From assembly GCA_030141605.1 (NCBI GenBank), contig JAQGDQ010000466.1, forward strand, positions 115,015 to 179,014: DNA of 64,000 nt. Reading direction: 5' to 3'. Source of the stretch: Tubiluchus corallicola (Eukaryota; Animalia; Priapulida). A program made the position numbers and the translations under genes. The notes beneath the pieces are model-generated. The model was given only the letters and a program-made list of their open reading frames with translations, searched no databases and had not been told where the DNA came from. This document shows positions 12,241-26,011 of the stretch, one piece after another. How positions within the stretch are numbered: the stretch's first letter is position 1; every line of letters starts with the position of its first letter.

Positions 12241-12339
12241 AGCTCTCGCAAATGATTTTCCAACTAGCAACTAGCAAATTAAAACAAAAGTTTTTTGCTT
12301 TGTAAAGGCCTTAAAACAAAGATAAAGCAAACTTGCAGA

Positions 12340-13650
12340 TGTAATGACCCAGGTTAAATCATAGAGCCTTTACTTTAACTTGCAGATTAAGCTTTATTTT
12401 CGTATTTTGACACCAGCTTTTTTTTACTTAAGTTTACTAAGTGTAAATTGTTTCTAGATTGTTATGATGAACTATGTACTATTTGTTAGTTTAGGGAATG
12501 TTAGTCTCCCCCCCCCCTGGGTTGGGTTAAACGTGTAACTGTACGTTTGTGCATTTAATCGGATTGAAGCCAAACGCATGGATTTCTGTACGTTCATGAC
12601 ATAGATTTCACGGACACGATATGCAACTTCACTTTGGTTGGTTAAACTGCGTTTTTATGTTTTACCAGATTGTCCATTAGCTGACGTTCAAAAAGCTAAT
12701 GAAATATTTGTGGTTGTGGAAGATGTCCACTCATTGGTTTACATGGCTTTGCTAATCTTACCATGCCGGGATCATGTGAGAGCATCGTTTCGGATGATGT
12801 GAGAGCACCGTCGTGCAGTTGGAAAGGTGCCCAGCTCGATAGTCCATCGCATGGGACGGAGAAGTCGTCACTGCCCGGGTAGGAACTGTATGCCAATAAA
12901 CCGGAAGGCAAAGGTACCTGTTTACTTACGTTATCGTTAATTGGCGCCAGAGGGAGAACTTGTTTTTGATGTGAATTTCCGAGCGCATGTGTGCCTAAAG
13001 CTCCGTTCACGTGTCACCCTTTTGATAGACTTGCGTTGAAACATTTAGCTACGTTTCTCTCAGACTTTTTGCGTCGTTACTGTGGGAGTCGTGAACCCGT
13101 TAGATAAAGTCTGAACCATACTTTAGTCGTTCTAAAGGACTATGACCGCAAACTACACTTGTCTGCAGAATATATTATGCTAGCGTACGCGTTCAAGGGT
13201 GGCTGGTAGAGTAAGTAGAACCCCTTTAAATAGTTAGGAACACTGTATGACTTTTGCCATTGCATTCATTTCATGTCATGCTGTTTAGTAGCGTTTTCAG
13301 ATTCACTTTTGCATATTAATAATTTCCATTGTTTGCAGATAACTAAATTTAATGACTGTTTGGTATTTATATTGCGTCAATAAACTTAATATCTTGTTAC
13401 TTATTTGACTGCTGACAGTTTGATTTTTGAGGTATAGTTAAAAAGCCTGTTTTTCATTCATCACACCACAAAAGAATCCGTGCTATTCAGGTAGAGCCCC
13501 CGTAGAGTCTGCCTACGCTCAGCTACTGTCTGTTTTCTCTAGTGGGCAGTCGGTTAGTATTTCTAGCTCAGCCAAGGAACTGATCAAACTTAGCAGCGAT
13601 TACCATTAATTGGCCCCTATGGTCTGCCCCTGTATGCAAGGGCCATTACA
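12340..13650. mobile_element. Solo LTR (about 1.31 kb)
   Basis: Termini TGTAATGACCC...GGGCCATTACA (10/11 inverted match); flanks GCAGA/GAAGA (5-bp TSD with 1 mismatch); AATAAA at about 13379. Confidence 0.72.
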
Positions 13651-15149
13651 GAAGATACCTGAATTGTGTACAACCTTTTGCAGCATTTAAGATTATTTTG
13701 TTACAAGCTGCGTTTTAAACTTTGCAATTACGACCTACTTTTCCATACATGCGCCAGCCGAACTAACAATGCAATTATAAAAACTGTTTAGCTATTTTTT
13801 GGGCTTGTTTTGTTTACGTCTGACCTTTTTAGCATCAATTATTAGAGGTCAATAAACTCATTTCGTGAAAAAAGTAAAATTTTTGCTTTTGTGGTGGTAT
13901 TTGTACATCTTGCCTAGGTGCTTCGTGTAATAATTGGGCTATATACTGAATGAAAAAAATGACTTTTGCAAAGACCAAAATGAACAAAGTTTGAACAAAA
14001 ATAAACACGAAACGTTTAAATCGCATTTTGAACAAATAATAAGAACTCCTCTAATTCGTTCTAAAGTCATTCTTTTATTTTGAACACAGAATAGCTAATT
14101 GTTTTTGCGTTCATCTTGTATGAAACACAAGCGGAACGGAAGTTCTAATGTTCTTAGATCAAGCACATCCTTTTTTGTCTGCTAATGATTTTCTAGCGCT
14201 GTAAATAAAACGGTTAATTTTTTTTTTATTTAGTTTAGTAATTAACAGTAAGATACGAAAAGTATGTGGATTTTTCAAAATAATTTCGTTTCAAAGCCTT
14301 TTAGTTTCCAAATGTTAGATTGTATCTAAAACTGTTCAAACATAAACTGTACAGCATTCTTTTCTGCACTAGAATTTGTAAGAAGTCTTCAAATAACTCC
14401 AACTTTGTAAATTGAAAGGCACGTGGTGCCACGGAATTTGCACATGAAGATGACCAGTAGCTGCAAGAAGGTCTGCCCTGCTCAGCTATTGAATTGACAA
14501 GCAGCCATCCCAGCATGATTGGAAGCAACAGAAGTTGAACAGTAAATTATCATTCATATTTGCTTACTTGCAAGAGATTTTTCAAAGGCTGAAAGTTTTG
14601 TCGGACATGCCCAGAATTATTAAGAAGTAAATCGCAGAAAATTTATCACCAGTTACTACACACATGTAACTGAGTGCTACGCAAGTGAAAAGTACAGTTG
14701 TGAATTTGTTGAAAATTTCAAAAGAAACACAAAAAGGGTTTTTGTTATTTTTTCATTTTTCGTAAAGCATAATATTATTCAAATGTGGAGTACTGCTCAC
14801 TGTCAGCACATGCTGTTGTTACATTCTGTGAACACTCAACCACACGACAACGAAAATTACCGTTTATGGTGTTAATAATAGCCTCTGCTTGTATTATGTA
14901 ATAATGAGTGAAGAGCTGATGAATATTCACTTGTTACCCCATAATAATAAAATGCCAGGAAAAATTTCATCAGAACAACTGAATATTTTGTTTTACTTTC
15001 ATAATATCTAAAATGTTTTCAACAGACTACACTGCAAAACAACAGACCCAAAAGTAAACTGCTGCATGTGGGCTGAGCGAATTGCGACAAGTTTAGTCTT
15101 ATTCACATTTACAAGGATATCATATTTTTAGCAAATTTGCTACCGTCAG

Positions 15150-16587
15150 GGTTGTTGCTAAAAGACATATGTCATCAGCGTACATCAAGTGATTAATGCA
15201 GGCTTCAGCAATATGACAACGCACACCAGAGTTAGTAAGTGCAGCATTGAGATTTTTAAAATAGAAGTTGAATAACAGTGGAGACATTTTTCCACCTTGA
15301 CGAATTCCGTTACCTACTGCAAAACTATCAGAGTTAAACTTACCGGCATACGTTATTTAATGTAATAAAAAGGTAAAAGTCTAGTTTGGTATGTTAGTAC
15401 TGATAAGATTTAGAAACAGTTTGAGATAACTTGCTCTGTCGAACGGTTTTGATGCGTCAATAAACAGAATATGTAGTTTTAGTCTAATGTAATCAGGCTA
15501 ATGTAATAGTCAAGCACCGGTTTTAAAGCATAGATGCACATCTCTGTGCCTAAGTTTTCAACAACTCGACTTCCAAGTCCCTCCTGATGACTCCAAAAAT
15601 CTGTAATTGTATTTTTCTTTTTGTTATCCTTACTCCTTTCATAACGTATTCCTTGAAAAATATTATAACTATATGTATATATAAAAATAATAAAAATTCT
15701 CTTCTCTACATTAACTCAGGCTAATTTATAATTGTTGATTAGTATCGTGCATAAATTTAAACATAATCACCTATCAAAAAACTAAAAATATAATACGTAA
15801 AACCTACTTCCATGACCATCTTTATCCAAACCGTCTTTTATCACTATCCTGTTCTTACTGACCTACCTTACTTTTCCTTTTTCACATTTCTTATATATTT
15901 CTTTTCTCTCTAGTACAAACTATATTTACTAACAATTGCCAGGTGCCACTTAGCTGGTCGGCCGCTACTAAGCGATATGCTTCAGTTAAACCTAGACATA
16001 TGCTCGCATCTAGCATAACCTCTTGGTTATCGCATTTCCAGGGCCAATTTTATATTGGTTTTCATAACCAAACTGGTTTGACGTGGTACTCAAACAAGAA
16101 CTGTAACGATTTAGAAGCAGTATTTCTATAACTTTGCTTCCTACAGATGAAAGAGCGATAGGTCTATAGTTGTTTTTGTTTGTAATATCCCCATTTTTGT
16201 CTTTAACGAGAGGCACTAGTATAGATAACATTAACGAATGTGGCAGGTAACCGTGTGTTACACAGGACGTGAATAGCAGCACCAACATGATTGCCAGCAA
16301 ATGGGATGCATTACAGAAATGTTTACCTTTAAGTCTCTCTCGACATCTAAGTAGCCATGAGACTTACCATTTATGCGCCATGCAAGGAAGCACTGATGAG
16401 AATATCTATGACTATCTGCAACATAGTCATTCCAACCAGGTATCGTCTTACGTGGACACTTATTAGACTCAAGTCGCATCCCTGGAATACTGATAGTGGC
16501 TGAAACTTTTAGTATGTCAGTAATATCTCCATACAGTTTAGACAAGTTATTTTGGTGTTGTTCGTTTTCACAGTAGACAATATTACA

Positions 16588-16592
<5 letters not shown>
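15150..16592 (-). mobile_element. Decayed non-LTR retrotransposon RT fragment (RTE-X-like), interrupted by an insertion
   Basis: IPGWNDYVADSH..FLAWRING, LVPLVKDKNGDITNKNNYRPIAL...NQFG, GIRQGGKMSPLLFNFY and HLMYADDICLL. The clade assignment is an inference. Confidence 0.85.
15565..16065. mobile_element. About 500-bp insertion inside the RT fragment (absent in the paralog at about 33277), possibly the 3' end of another LINE
   Basis: The paralog reads TTTTCAACAAAACCAAACTGG without a break; here the two halves are separated by about 500 bp. Confidence 0.6.
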
Positions 16593-16657
<65 letters not shown>

Positions 16658-16870
16658 AGAGAGAGAGAGAGCAAGAGAGACAGACAGGATGAGAAGGAGA
16701 GAGTGAAAGGGAGAGCGGGCGAGAATGAGAAAGAGACAGAGAACAAAAAAGCTTCAAAGATAAATGGGAAGTGAGCGAGAAAGAGAGAGAGAGATAGTGA
16801 GAGAGACAGAATGAGAGAGAGAGAGAAAAAAAAGAGAGACAGCTAAGTAGAGAGAGCAAGTGAGAGATGA
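16593..16870. repeat. (GA)n microsatellite and purine-rich tract
   Basis: Pure (GA) run at 16593-16653, then degenerate; paralogs at 33780-33950 and 42440-42650. Confidence 0.96.
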
Positions 16871-16899
16871 GGGGTAGGAACGATGTAATTAGAGAGAAC

Positions 16900-18960
16900 T
16901 AAACAGAGAAAGAGAAATCGAAGGCTTTGTCCCAATGTAATAGAGATGTAAAAATTGAAAACGTGACCTTCTTTCCTAAATATCTCTCTAGGAAATGCTT
17001 TTTCGGTGAAATGATTTCCAAGGAAAAATGTTTACTGGGAAAAAGTTTTCAAGGACAAAAATTCTAACAAATTTCTTACTGGGGAGTTTTTTTCTGGCAA
17101 GTAGTTTTTCTCAAAAAAAATACTGTGAGACCCTGAGCAACTGACTTAAACTACCAGGTGTCGAAGATTTTTGTTTATTAAACCAAAAGAGTTTGTTCTA
17201 ACAATATAACCAATAATAGTTAGAGGTGCGTTTTGATTAGATTACTTTCCTGTTCTTTCCTGTAAGGTGGTGACATCTGGCTTCAATATTACCATCATAG
17301 TTTTAAATACCTGATATTCAAGTTTCAATGTGTTCGAAGCAGTGATGACGTGTTGACAAATTTTCTGTGTATCTCATGATTTGATGCCAAAGATACATTT
17401 ATAATCTGTTTAATTTTATTTAGTTATTCAAGTAGTTGATTAATTTCACTTAATTGTAATTGACATTTTGATAAGAACTCTTTGATTAGTTTATTAAAGG
17501 AATTTGCATTTCATTCAAGATAAAATGTATAATTTATAAAATGGCGTCTCAATGCGTGTCAAACATGAAGTAAAATGACAAAATTGCATGTTCCTTGATG
17601 ATCATTATATGTTTATTATATTGTTTTTTTACTTAATTATAACAATATAGGCTTAATGTTTTTCCTTATTTAATATTTTCTGTAGGACAATCGCCTAGTT
17701 TTACCACATTACCAAAGGAGGTGACCACCAACATGAAAAGTTAACACTATGGAAAACTCTATTGATCAAGGATGTATGCTCGTCTACATGAGCCTAAGTT
17801 AGCTAAAGGTCTGCTACATCCACCTACAGACAACATCTTGAAAGAATGTTTGTTTTTAACATATTGATTGCTGCTTGTAGACTTCCAAAAGTAGAATAGT
17901 CTAGGTAACTTTCTTTTGCTATGACTCACTATACAGAAACATTGAGTAATAATGCAAAAAAATTATTAAGTACATCAAACAACTGCAAGTCTGTCGTGCC
18001 AGTTAAGTGACCACAGTTTGAAGATGTACAACACATACTTTGTGAACAGTGCTGAACATCAAATTTTTATTGCCTTTTTATGCAAAGCACAAAGTCCCAA
18101 ACAAGATCAAAAATAGATTGACAATACAATACACTCAATCTGACAATGTGAGATAAACTAATCACTGAAGCAACTCTGTAACCCAGTGTTTCTTGCAGGC
18201 CCTTTAAAGTCAATTTATCATTTATCAAATTTTCCATCCTCTTTTGCCTTTTTTCACTATAAATCATAATCATCAGTTTTCTTTTTTTAGATTAGTGACA
18301 CTCCACAATCATTATTTGCTCTCAGGATGGATGTATAGCGATTTCAGTGGTTTCAAACAGTCCGTTTTTGGACTTTCGCTCATTCTTTTGGCATATCAAT
18401 ATAATTGTGGCATAACTTGTGACATCGCGTATTAAGATACAAGGAACAGGACTGTCAGCTATATCTTCCATAAATTTTCTAAGAGCTTCTTCTACATGAA
18501 ATATTTTGCTGTCAATTCCATCTTCCTCTATGACAAATTGACATGTCAGTTGATGTATCTCTTTAATTGACTTCAATGCGCTGTATACTCAACGTACTCA
18601 TCAACCCCACCAAGTCTGTTGTATTTGAGGGTCAACAGATTTTTTACAACATTGCACGTGATTCAAAGAACTAATGAAGGAATCAGATTAATTTTAAAAG
18701 CCATGTCCTGATTGTGGCTTATTAGATGTTTCCAACGCTGCAGTGAGACATAGTAGGCAGAATAGGATAAATGTTTCAGGTTTTAACGTGATTGTTAGCC
18801 ACATGAACTTCTTGAAGCTCCATTGAAGGTCTCCTTTGATACCCTGTAAATAAACAAGTTAGTAATTTAAAAAATAAAATATTTTTTAACATTAAAAACA
18901 TTTCAATTTTTATTATTATAATGCCACTGCAGGCGTGCTAATATTTCGACTGTTACTAAG
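16900..18960. repeat. Module h, copy 1 of 4 (contains a decayed minus-strand coding-like segment)
   Basis: Homologous to about 33950-35755, 42650-44720 and 54780-56640; shared anchors TATAAAATGGCGTCTCAATGC and TTAGCTAAAGGTCTGCTAC. Confidence 0.92.
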
Positions 18961-19449
18961 GGTGTTGTCAAATATTGGTCGCTAAGCTATGTAATATTAT
19001 TTGAAGTAATAATTTAAAAACAGTGTCTGCCTATTGTAAATTCTCAGTCGAGTACAATGATGCATTGACTTCGCTTCCAAGCTAAGCGATTAAAATTCTG
19101 CTTAAAGCACCTAATTGTGAATAAAATTAGGAAATTAAATTTCTGATTTTGTACACTTTACAAACTCTTTTGTTACTTATTTCGTTTGACATAAAATTAG
19201 ACATTTTTATTTGTTAAGTACACAATTTACAGAGTAAAAGCAATAATTAGAAGCAGCATAAGTATGAAGATATCAAATACGTATCACTGGAAGTGTATGA
19301 GGAGGTGTTACAAGGGATCATCAAATAAACTACCCTTCTTGGATAAAATCAAAAAAAAAATTTAAGTCACAGCAAAAATTAAAAGAGAATTTTTAGAGAA
19401 AATTTATTACTATTATTATTATTATTATTATTATTATTCACTTAAAACA

Positions 19450-20030
19450 AGTTTTGTTCATCATAAGCGAATTTTGTTAACTAATTTAATCTGTTTGACA
19501 CTTAATTGCTACAAAAAGTCCCACTGATAATTTTAAGAAACCTGCAAGATCTATTGGCCAATTTCTTTTGAAAAATATTAAGATGAACAATTTAGTGTGA
19601 AAATTACATTCAAAGAAACACCAGCAAAAATTTAGCTTCACAAATTAAGACTAAAGCCAGCATCTGTTCTCTTGCAACATCAAGTACTCCTGACAGACTT
19701 GTCTTCAATTTTAATGTCCAGACACCGGTCCCGTTTGTCTTCCCTTGTATCTCAATGGTAAATTCTGCGTTTGAGAGCAGTGAATGGGCAATGGTAAGGA
19801 TTTGGTCAACACTGCCCATCCTGGACATCAGCACAAGCTGCAAGTCTTCAAGACTAGTTGAAACCACAAGAGTAGAAATACTATCCTTCATCTTAATCTT
19901 CATGCTACAGTTTCTGCACAATACAAAGGTTCGATCATCGTAAGCACACATTTTCAGACAAAAAGAAATTGAATCTGATCGCAAGATATTCAAGACTGAT
20001 TCAGATTTAGCAATTAATGGAGACTGGTTC
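19450..20030. repeat. Module i, copy 1 of 3
   Basis: Homologous to about 44950-45500 and 56900-57475 (GCCAGCATCTGTTCTCTTGCAAC, CACAAGAGTAGAAATACT). Confidence 0.9.
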
Positions 20031-20760
20031 TTATTAAGACTTTTCCATATGAAAGGGGTGTGTGCATCAAGATCAATCATTATACTCCTGAGAAAAACTG
20101 TTGTAAGATAGATCTGCCAATATGCCACAAGGGCCTTTAATACAACGATTTTATTCAATTTTTATGTGTCCGACTTGTTTGACGAATACTGATAATTTTA
20201 AATATGCAGATACATAAAAATACTTGTAGCTTGCTCTTATGGAAATGAAACGCTTAGAACTAGTCAACTGTGTTGTGATAAACTGTATAGGTGGATGTCA
20301 ATTAAGCCCAAGAATACGCTGTATAAAGGTTTCCGTCCCAAAGTTAACATTGTCGTATTTAAGTCTTAATTTTACCAATTATCATGTCTGCTAATTGGAT
20401 GGTAAGAAAGCACACATTGTTTGATTGACATTATGAAAGCCTCAACTATTTATCACTTTCACCCATCAAGAGACAAATTAGAGTTAATTTGTTGGCTAAT
20501 CCCAATTCATACTATTAAGCAATGTCGTATTCAGATTTAGTCAAAAATCATTTGATAGAAATTAGCCGAGATCACATCATCGGTTATGGACATTTCACTC
20601 GAGAATTACTGGCTTCTTCTGGTCAATATTTAAGACAATGTAAAAATCTCACGTTCTTTTGATTAGGGTAATCCAAGAGTACAAAAAAGGATATTGAGCT
20701 TTTTGTAACACACATATAGAAAAATAGATTGCGAACTCACTACCAATGCCAGGAGTTATC
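20030..20760 (+). mobile_element. Heavily decayed LINE RT fragment (second family)
   Basis: LIKTF..ER.VCIKIN.YT.EK.CC...LP..PQG, ILFNFYVSDLFDE and FKYAD across frameshifts. Its 5' part also occurs at about 45545-45700 (LGLTETFLHERDVRIKINNYTFQKCCCKIGLP) and 57520-57683. Confidence 0.72.
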
Positions 20761-21420
20761 TATGTTTCCTGAAAATGTGTTTTAACTGCATTACACCTTC
20801 CTTTTCCTACAGGTAGCAGAAGTCTAGAAAAGCATTTTGTAGCATTTTACTAGGACAAGGTAACTTTAAATTTTTTCTGTTTAAAACTGCATACATGAAA
20901 ATACCTGTATATGTTCAGAGGATGCACAAACAGTAGAATATTTGCATTTTAATTGTACACTAGTAGATGAAATTAAGAGGTTAACAGATGCAAATATCCT
21001 ACAATCTCAGAACATCAGTAATATACCACTCGTGATAAAAACTTGCTAGTTGCTTTTACTTAGTCAGTTTGTGATCCGTTTTTGCAAACTTTAGTATGAA
21101 TAATTAAATTTTGCAAAACAGTACAAATTTGCATACATCTATTTTTTCCATTGCTAGCCAACTTTAGATTATACATGTCGTTACGTGTAAACTGGTGCTA
21201 TTTATTTATTTTTTGTTCTTTTGTATTAATTTGTTGAACAAAATCTATGATACATCAGTACACTGAACTTTTATGAGTGTAATAGCTAACTTTATATATA
21301 AAAGCTTTTTAAATATCCGATAACAATACCCTGCAAATAGAGGGACTCTGTATTGTACATTTGTAAATATTGAAACGTGTGAAATTTTAAATTTCAATTA
21401 AAGAATTATAACAATAATAA

Positions 21421-21451
<31 letters not shown>

Positions 21452-21467
21452 TCAGAATTGGCTACAA

Positions 21468-21552
21468 TGGCAACATTGTTTACAGAGGCAACATTGGTTA
21501 CAGATGCAACAAGGCTAAATGATATCAACGTTGGCTATAGAGGCAACAAGTG
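21468..21552. repeat. Short 18-bp repeat (GGYTACAGAGGCAACA..), about 5 copies, after a (CT)n tract
   Basis: Direct inspection. Confidence 0.7.
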
Positions 21553-22619
21553 CAAGAAGAGCAACTAAGGCAGCTGATTATTTTCCATAAAAAGCACAAG
21601 AAACCCTTCACTTACATAAAAAATTTGTGACATAATTTAACATTTCCTTTTCTTCCCCTGATTTACGTTTGTGTAGTGACTTCAGGTAATCGCACCGTCT
21701 GTACAGTATTGCGGGTGATTTAAAATGAAAACAAACATTTCAGTACCATATATGTACAAAATTGCTGTATCGCAGTATTATTTTTTAGGACTATACTCTA
21801 AAACCTACGCCAGGAACCCCTTTTCTTGTCTTTTAACCCCCTAACATTAAAGGTCGAAGAGAACCTGTGAAAAGCATGGGTGCATGAAGTGAAGGGTTGG
21901 TAATGATATTGGGAACAAATCTAAATAATTAATAATTGATAATTACCATAATTACGGCACCGGCAGGCACTGGGAAGTGAATATCCAATCAATGTTCTAT
22001 AGCATACGGCATAAAAACATTTAAGCTGATCAATGATCTAGCTAGCTTTATTCATATTTGAAAAGAACTACATCTATCGTAAATCTGTAGTAGTATATTG
22101 GGTAGCCTAAATATAAAACTCTTCAGAATACAGGAGATTGGGTCTCAAAGTCTGGCGAGAAAGCTAAAAAAATTAAGCAATACACCTGCAGCCTCTGAGT
22201 TTAGCTACTTGAGTGTAACAAAAACACACTAATTCTATTGTAAAACCAAATAAAATTCTTTAGATCCAAGTTATCGCATCTTAAAAGAATCCTTCGTCGG
22301 GGTACATAAGATCTAATCTCTAATCATTTCAAATTAGCCATATGTTTCTTAGAATACGAACTAAATCATTAAGAAATGCTTGAAACAATGATCTAGTTTG
22401 AGCTGCAAAAACAGTGGTTAGTTAGAAATGATTTCACCTTTGATATTAAGTACTAAATAAATACTCATCATTGATTTGGTTAGGTAACCGGCCATTTATT
22501 TAAGCAGTTAGTCAATCAATGATTAATTTTTTGCTTGAGTGAGTGAGTAAATAAATTAAATGGAAACAAAAGAACAAGTGATATGTATAAGTAAAACAAA
22601 TGCCTACTGTAAAAAGTCA

Positions 22620-22920
22620 ACTTATTAACCCGCCATGCTGCCAAACCCGCCTTACTGTCAAACCTGTCCTACTTGCCAAACCTGCTCTACCTCCAAACCG
22701 GCCATACTGCCATTCTGACAAATCTGCCATACTGTTAATCCTGTCATGCCGGCAAAACCTGCTGTACCGCCAAATCTGCTGTACCCATAAATCTGCCGAA
22801 CTCGCCATACTAGCGAACCTGCTGAAACCGCCATACTGCCAAACCTGTCATACTGCCAAACCTGCCATACCACCAAACCTGTCATACTGCCAAACGTACC
22901 ATAAAGCTGTCATACCCCAA
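22620..22920. repeat. CCATACTG/CAAACCTG 8-9-mer-based satellite, copy 1
   Basis: Same family as 28350-29455, 45700-47350 and 57690-58010. Confidence 0.92.
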
Positions 22921-23079
22921 AGCTAAAGCTAAATTATTGGCTAGCTTAGCAAACTAACTAATTAACAATCATCATACAGTCACCTTTTTCGTATTTCCAA
23001 ATTACTCTACGTTCCCATATTTATTGTATATACTGCTACCTGCTTTGCTTGGTTGTGCCACGTTTCGAAAAAAAACAAA

Positions 23080-24420
23080 ATAATGCCTGTAGAGTACACA
23101 ACTTACTGGCGCAGACAGACGCTGGAAAATGGCGCACATTGAGAAAATTCGCAAGATGCCCTTTAACTTTTCAGTTTACAGTTTGGCTCTTGTAGCAGAC
23201 TTAGCTTTTTTGTTAATCTTACTTACAAATTAATGCACGAGGCGCCATCTGTAGCGGGAATGTAAAGCCTTTGGTTTTGGTCAGTTTCTAAGTTTGCTAC
23301 CTGCTAGTCACCTGTCTGTTTTGCTCACCTGTGCTCCGAAAAGTCAGATTAATCGACTTTATGGGATATTTGGGACATTTATGTACTGATTATGTTACAA
23401 TAAAGCATTCAGTGGTATTAACCTCTGTTGACAGTGTTTATCTGACTACAGATCTTTTTTGTTTCTTGTTACTCCTTCCTAGACTATGGCGCCCATATAT
23501 ACGCTCTCTGGCAACTCCCAAATTAAAATATTTCACGAAATCTTTCATAAGTTTTCTAGAGTTGTTTTTCTTTATAAATGGGAGGTATGTTTCAACTTTT
23601 CTTTACATCATCGTGCAGATAAAGGATGAATTTTTCCACTGCAGTCCTGCTTTTAACAATAATTCCAATTTAGGCGATATGTCAGGGCCTTAAAAAGCGC
23701 CTAAACTGTAGTCACCTAAACTACTAAACAACATATTGTGGCATGATAGATCACACTAATACAAGACCCATTTATATAAAATAAAGTAAGTGATTTAAAA
23801 TGATTGCTCATACGATAAACACTTACCACAAAACATATGCAGGACAGTTATAAAGATAGATTTAGCTTGCTGATAGCTGCCACCATTCCCTTTTTAAATC
23901 ACCTTGCAGCCACAATCCATTTATTAGGCAAAATAGAAGCGTGACCACTTCTGTGGTTAAGTGCAAAGAATAAATTGTTTCATACAGAAACCAACATTTT
24001 CACTTTTCTAACAAAATCACACATTTTTCACTCAAAATCAGTATTACACTTCACTAAAAAGTCTTCTGTTTTTCCTGGAGCACTGCTCACGCTTATAGCA
24101 AGACTGCAAAGCAAATGATTTGCTTGAGTTGTCTCGTCTTCACGCATCTGAAAGTTACGCCTATAAACTGACGTGTTGGAGTTGATCACCATGACAGCTT
24201 TTTAACTCCGCCTCAAATTCTTGTGCACTAGAAATATGGCCAGAAACTTGAACATTTTTAATAAACGCAAAGTTCCTTAAGCACAATCTATTTGCACAAG
24301 TCGACCATCTTACTACCAAATCTTTTCTTCCTTTTAAGAATTTACAGAAACATAAATAAACTTCAATAAATTGTTACAGCATGATAATATCACCTGCTTA
24401 AAATTTTTACAGTTACGTGT
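23080..24420. repeat. Module l, copy 1 of 4
   Basis: Homologous to about 29460-30750, 47355-48560 and 58220-59098 (GTAGAGTA, CACGCATCTGAAAGTTA, GACAGCTTTTTAACTCCGCC); it always follows the CCATACTG satellite. Confidence 0.92.
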
Positions 24421-26011
24421 GCAGAGCTTTGAGCATGTCAACTGAATTTGCGCCCTTTTCTATAGAATTAGATAAAATTTGAAAGATATAGAACTTCTTT
24501 AACCTTGCTCACACATTCCATTTATGATTCGAACTGTAAATTACTTCGTATGTGTTCATATACAGTTTCGGTTGCATTTATGCGACTGTGCGATATTTTT
24601 ATAAAAATAAATGGTATCGAATTGGATTATAATTGTCAACGACTCAAATCAGAGTTCCTTTTTTACGTTACGAAAAGCTCTTCAAAGTTGGACATTACAA
24701 CCCAGTCATAAAATAATTGTAGCAAAATCGCTATGACTCGGATTATAATAATCAACAATTTTAATCAGAATTGAATCTTTAATTGTAAAAATCGTCCGAT
24801 GACGGACCATTTCGTGGCATATTGATAAAATAGCACAGCTGATTTTCGTAAACAAACACGTTTTTCACCCAAATTTGCATTCTGGTAAAACGCATCTATG
24901 ACGTCTAAACTACGGCATAAAATATAAAAATTGGACAATAATTAGTAGTAAAAATACAAACGTTCTAAAACATTCATTTTGCGACCTAACCCGTTACTAG
25001 GGCTCTTCATTTGCAAAAATAGACCAAAAGTTTGCAGTTGAATTACCTTCCGTAGACGCCATTAATTTATACGTAGACGTCATTTTCTTTTACACCGAAG
25101 GCCGAATTACAGATTTCTTAAATTTTTAAACCCGGTATCTGTTGCATACTTTTACGTAATATGGAGGGCGGTTGGTACGGTGACAAATATTACCCACCGC
25201 CATGACACTCAAAACTGTGACGTCATTTCTTAGCCGTAGTACAGTAAACAACCAGCGACCCCAGAAAGCAGATCACTCTGAACAGAGCGGTTATTGCTGA
25301 GTAATGACATATCTATTCATAAAGATGTTTATTTCAATATTCTTCATCTATTTCTATGAAATAAACTTATAAGAATCAGTCTTCAATTTACGAACCTACA
25401 AGGAACGTGAACTTTATAGTAAGAAACACTGTACAATTATTTCAAAATACCAAATTGCAGACATCTTGAGACGCGCTCTCCACACACAAGCGAACAGCTT
25501 ATTTATAATCCTTTTGAATTGTTTACCTGAGTGGCAGGTTTCTCCCTACACACAAAGGAAGATTTCAATCTTCAACAATCCTGTCGGGAATTTAATAATA
25601 ATTGAAATCTTGTGAAGTGCTGAGCTGATATGAGATATATGCCGTGACGTCCTGTGCACAAGATTTTAATCTGTAATACAAGTATGTCTGCGATAAGACA
25701 AAAGCTCAATAATCCTTATTTTAAAATTGACTTCTCAGATTTCACAACAATTTTGGCAGCATGAGATATTGTGGGTAATGACCAACCTTGAAACTGCAAT
25801 GATAAACCGTTTATGCAGACATTAGACTCAAAACCAATGAGTTTCGGTTTTTCAAATATTTATATTTTCGAAAAAATTTTGGCACTACTATTGTCTCATT
25901 GATCATTGTTACTAACTACTGCTTTTACAAACAAAACATATGTCTGCATAAAGACTACAGAAGTCTACACAGCTATAGTACTATTAAATAATTTTTTATG
26001 TGAATAAATCT

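Larger units (their letters stand above)
9655..12400 (+). repeat. Dispersed composite module, paralogous to about 59105-61435 and partly to 31130-32700
   Basis: Shared blocks include TTTAGCAACTGTTTAGCTCC, GAATAAGAAATCACACTAATTTTTGC and CTTATTTCTCAGACTCGAATTAACAGAG. Confidence 0.9.

Noticed and set aside
19610-20158. 182-aa minus-strand ORF as an intact gene
   Set aside because: It spans the junction with an antisense LINE RT fragment, and paralogous copies are broken by stops and indels.
21421-21570. (CT)n-CAG acceptor followed by an 18-bp repeat as a real exon
   Set aside because: The frames examined close quickly or are uninformative, and no partner exons were found.
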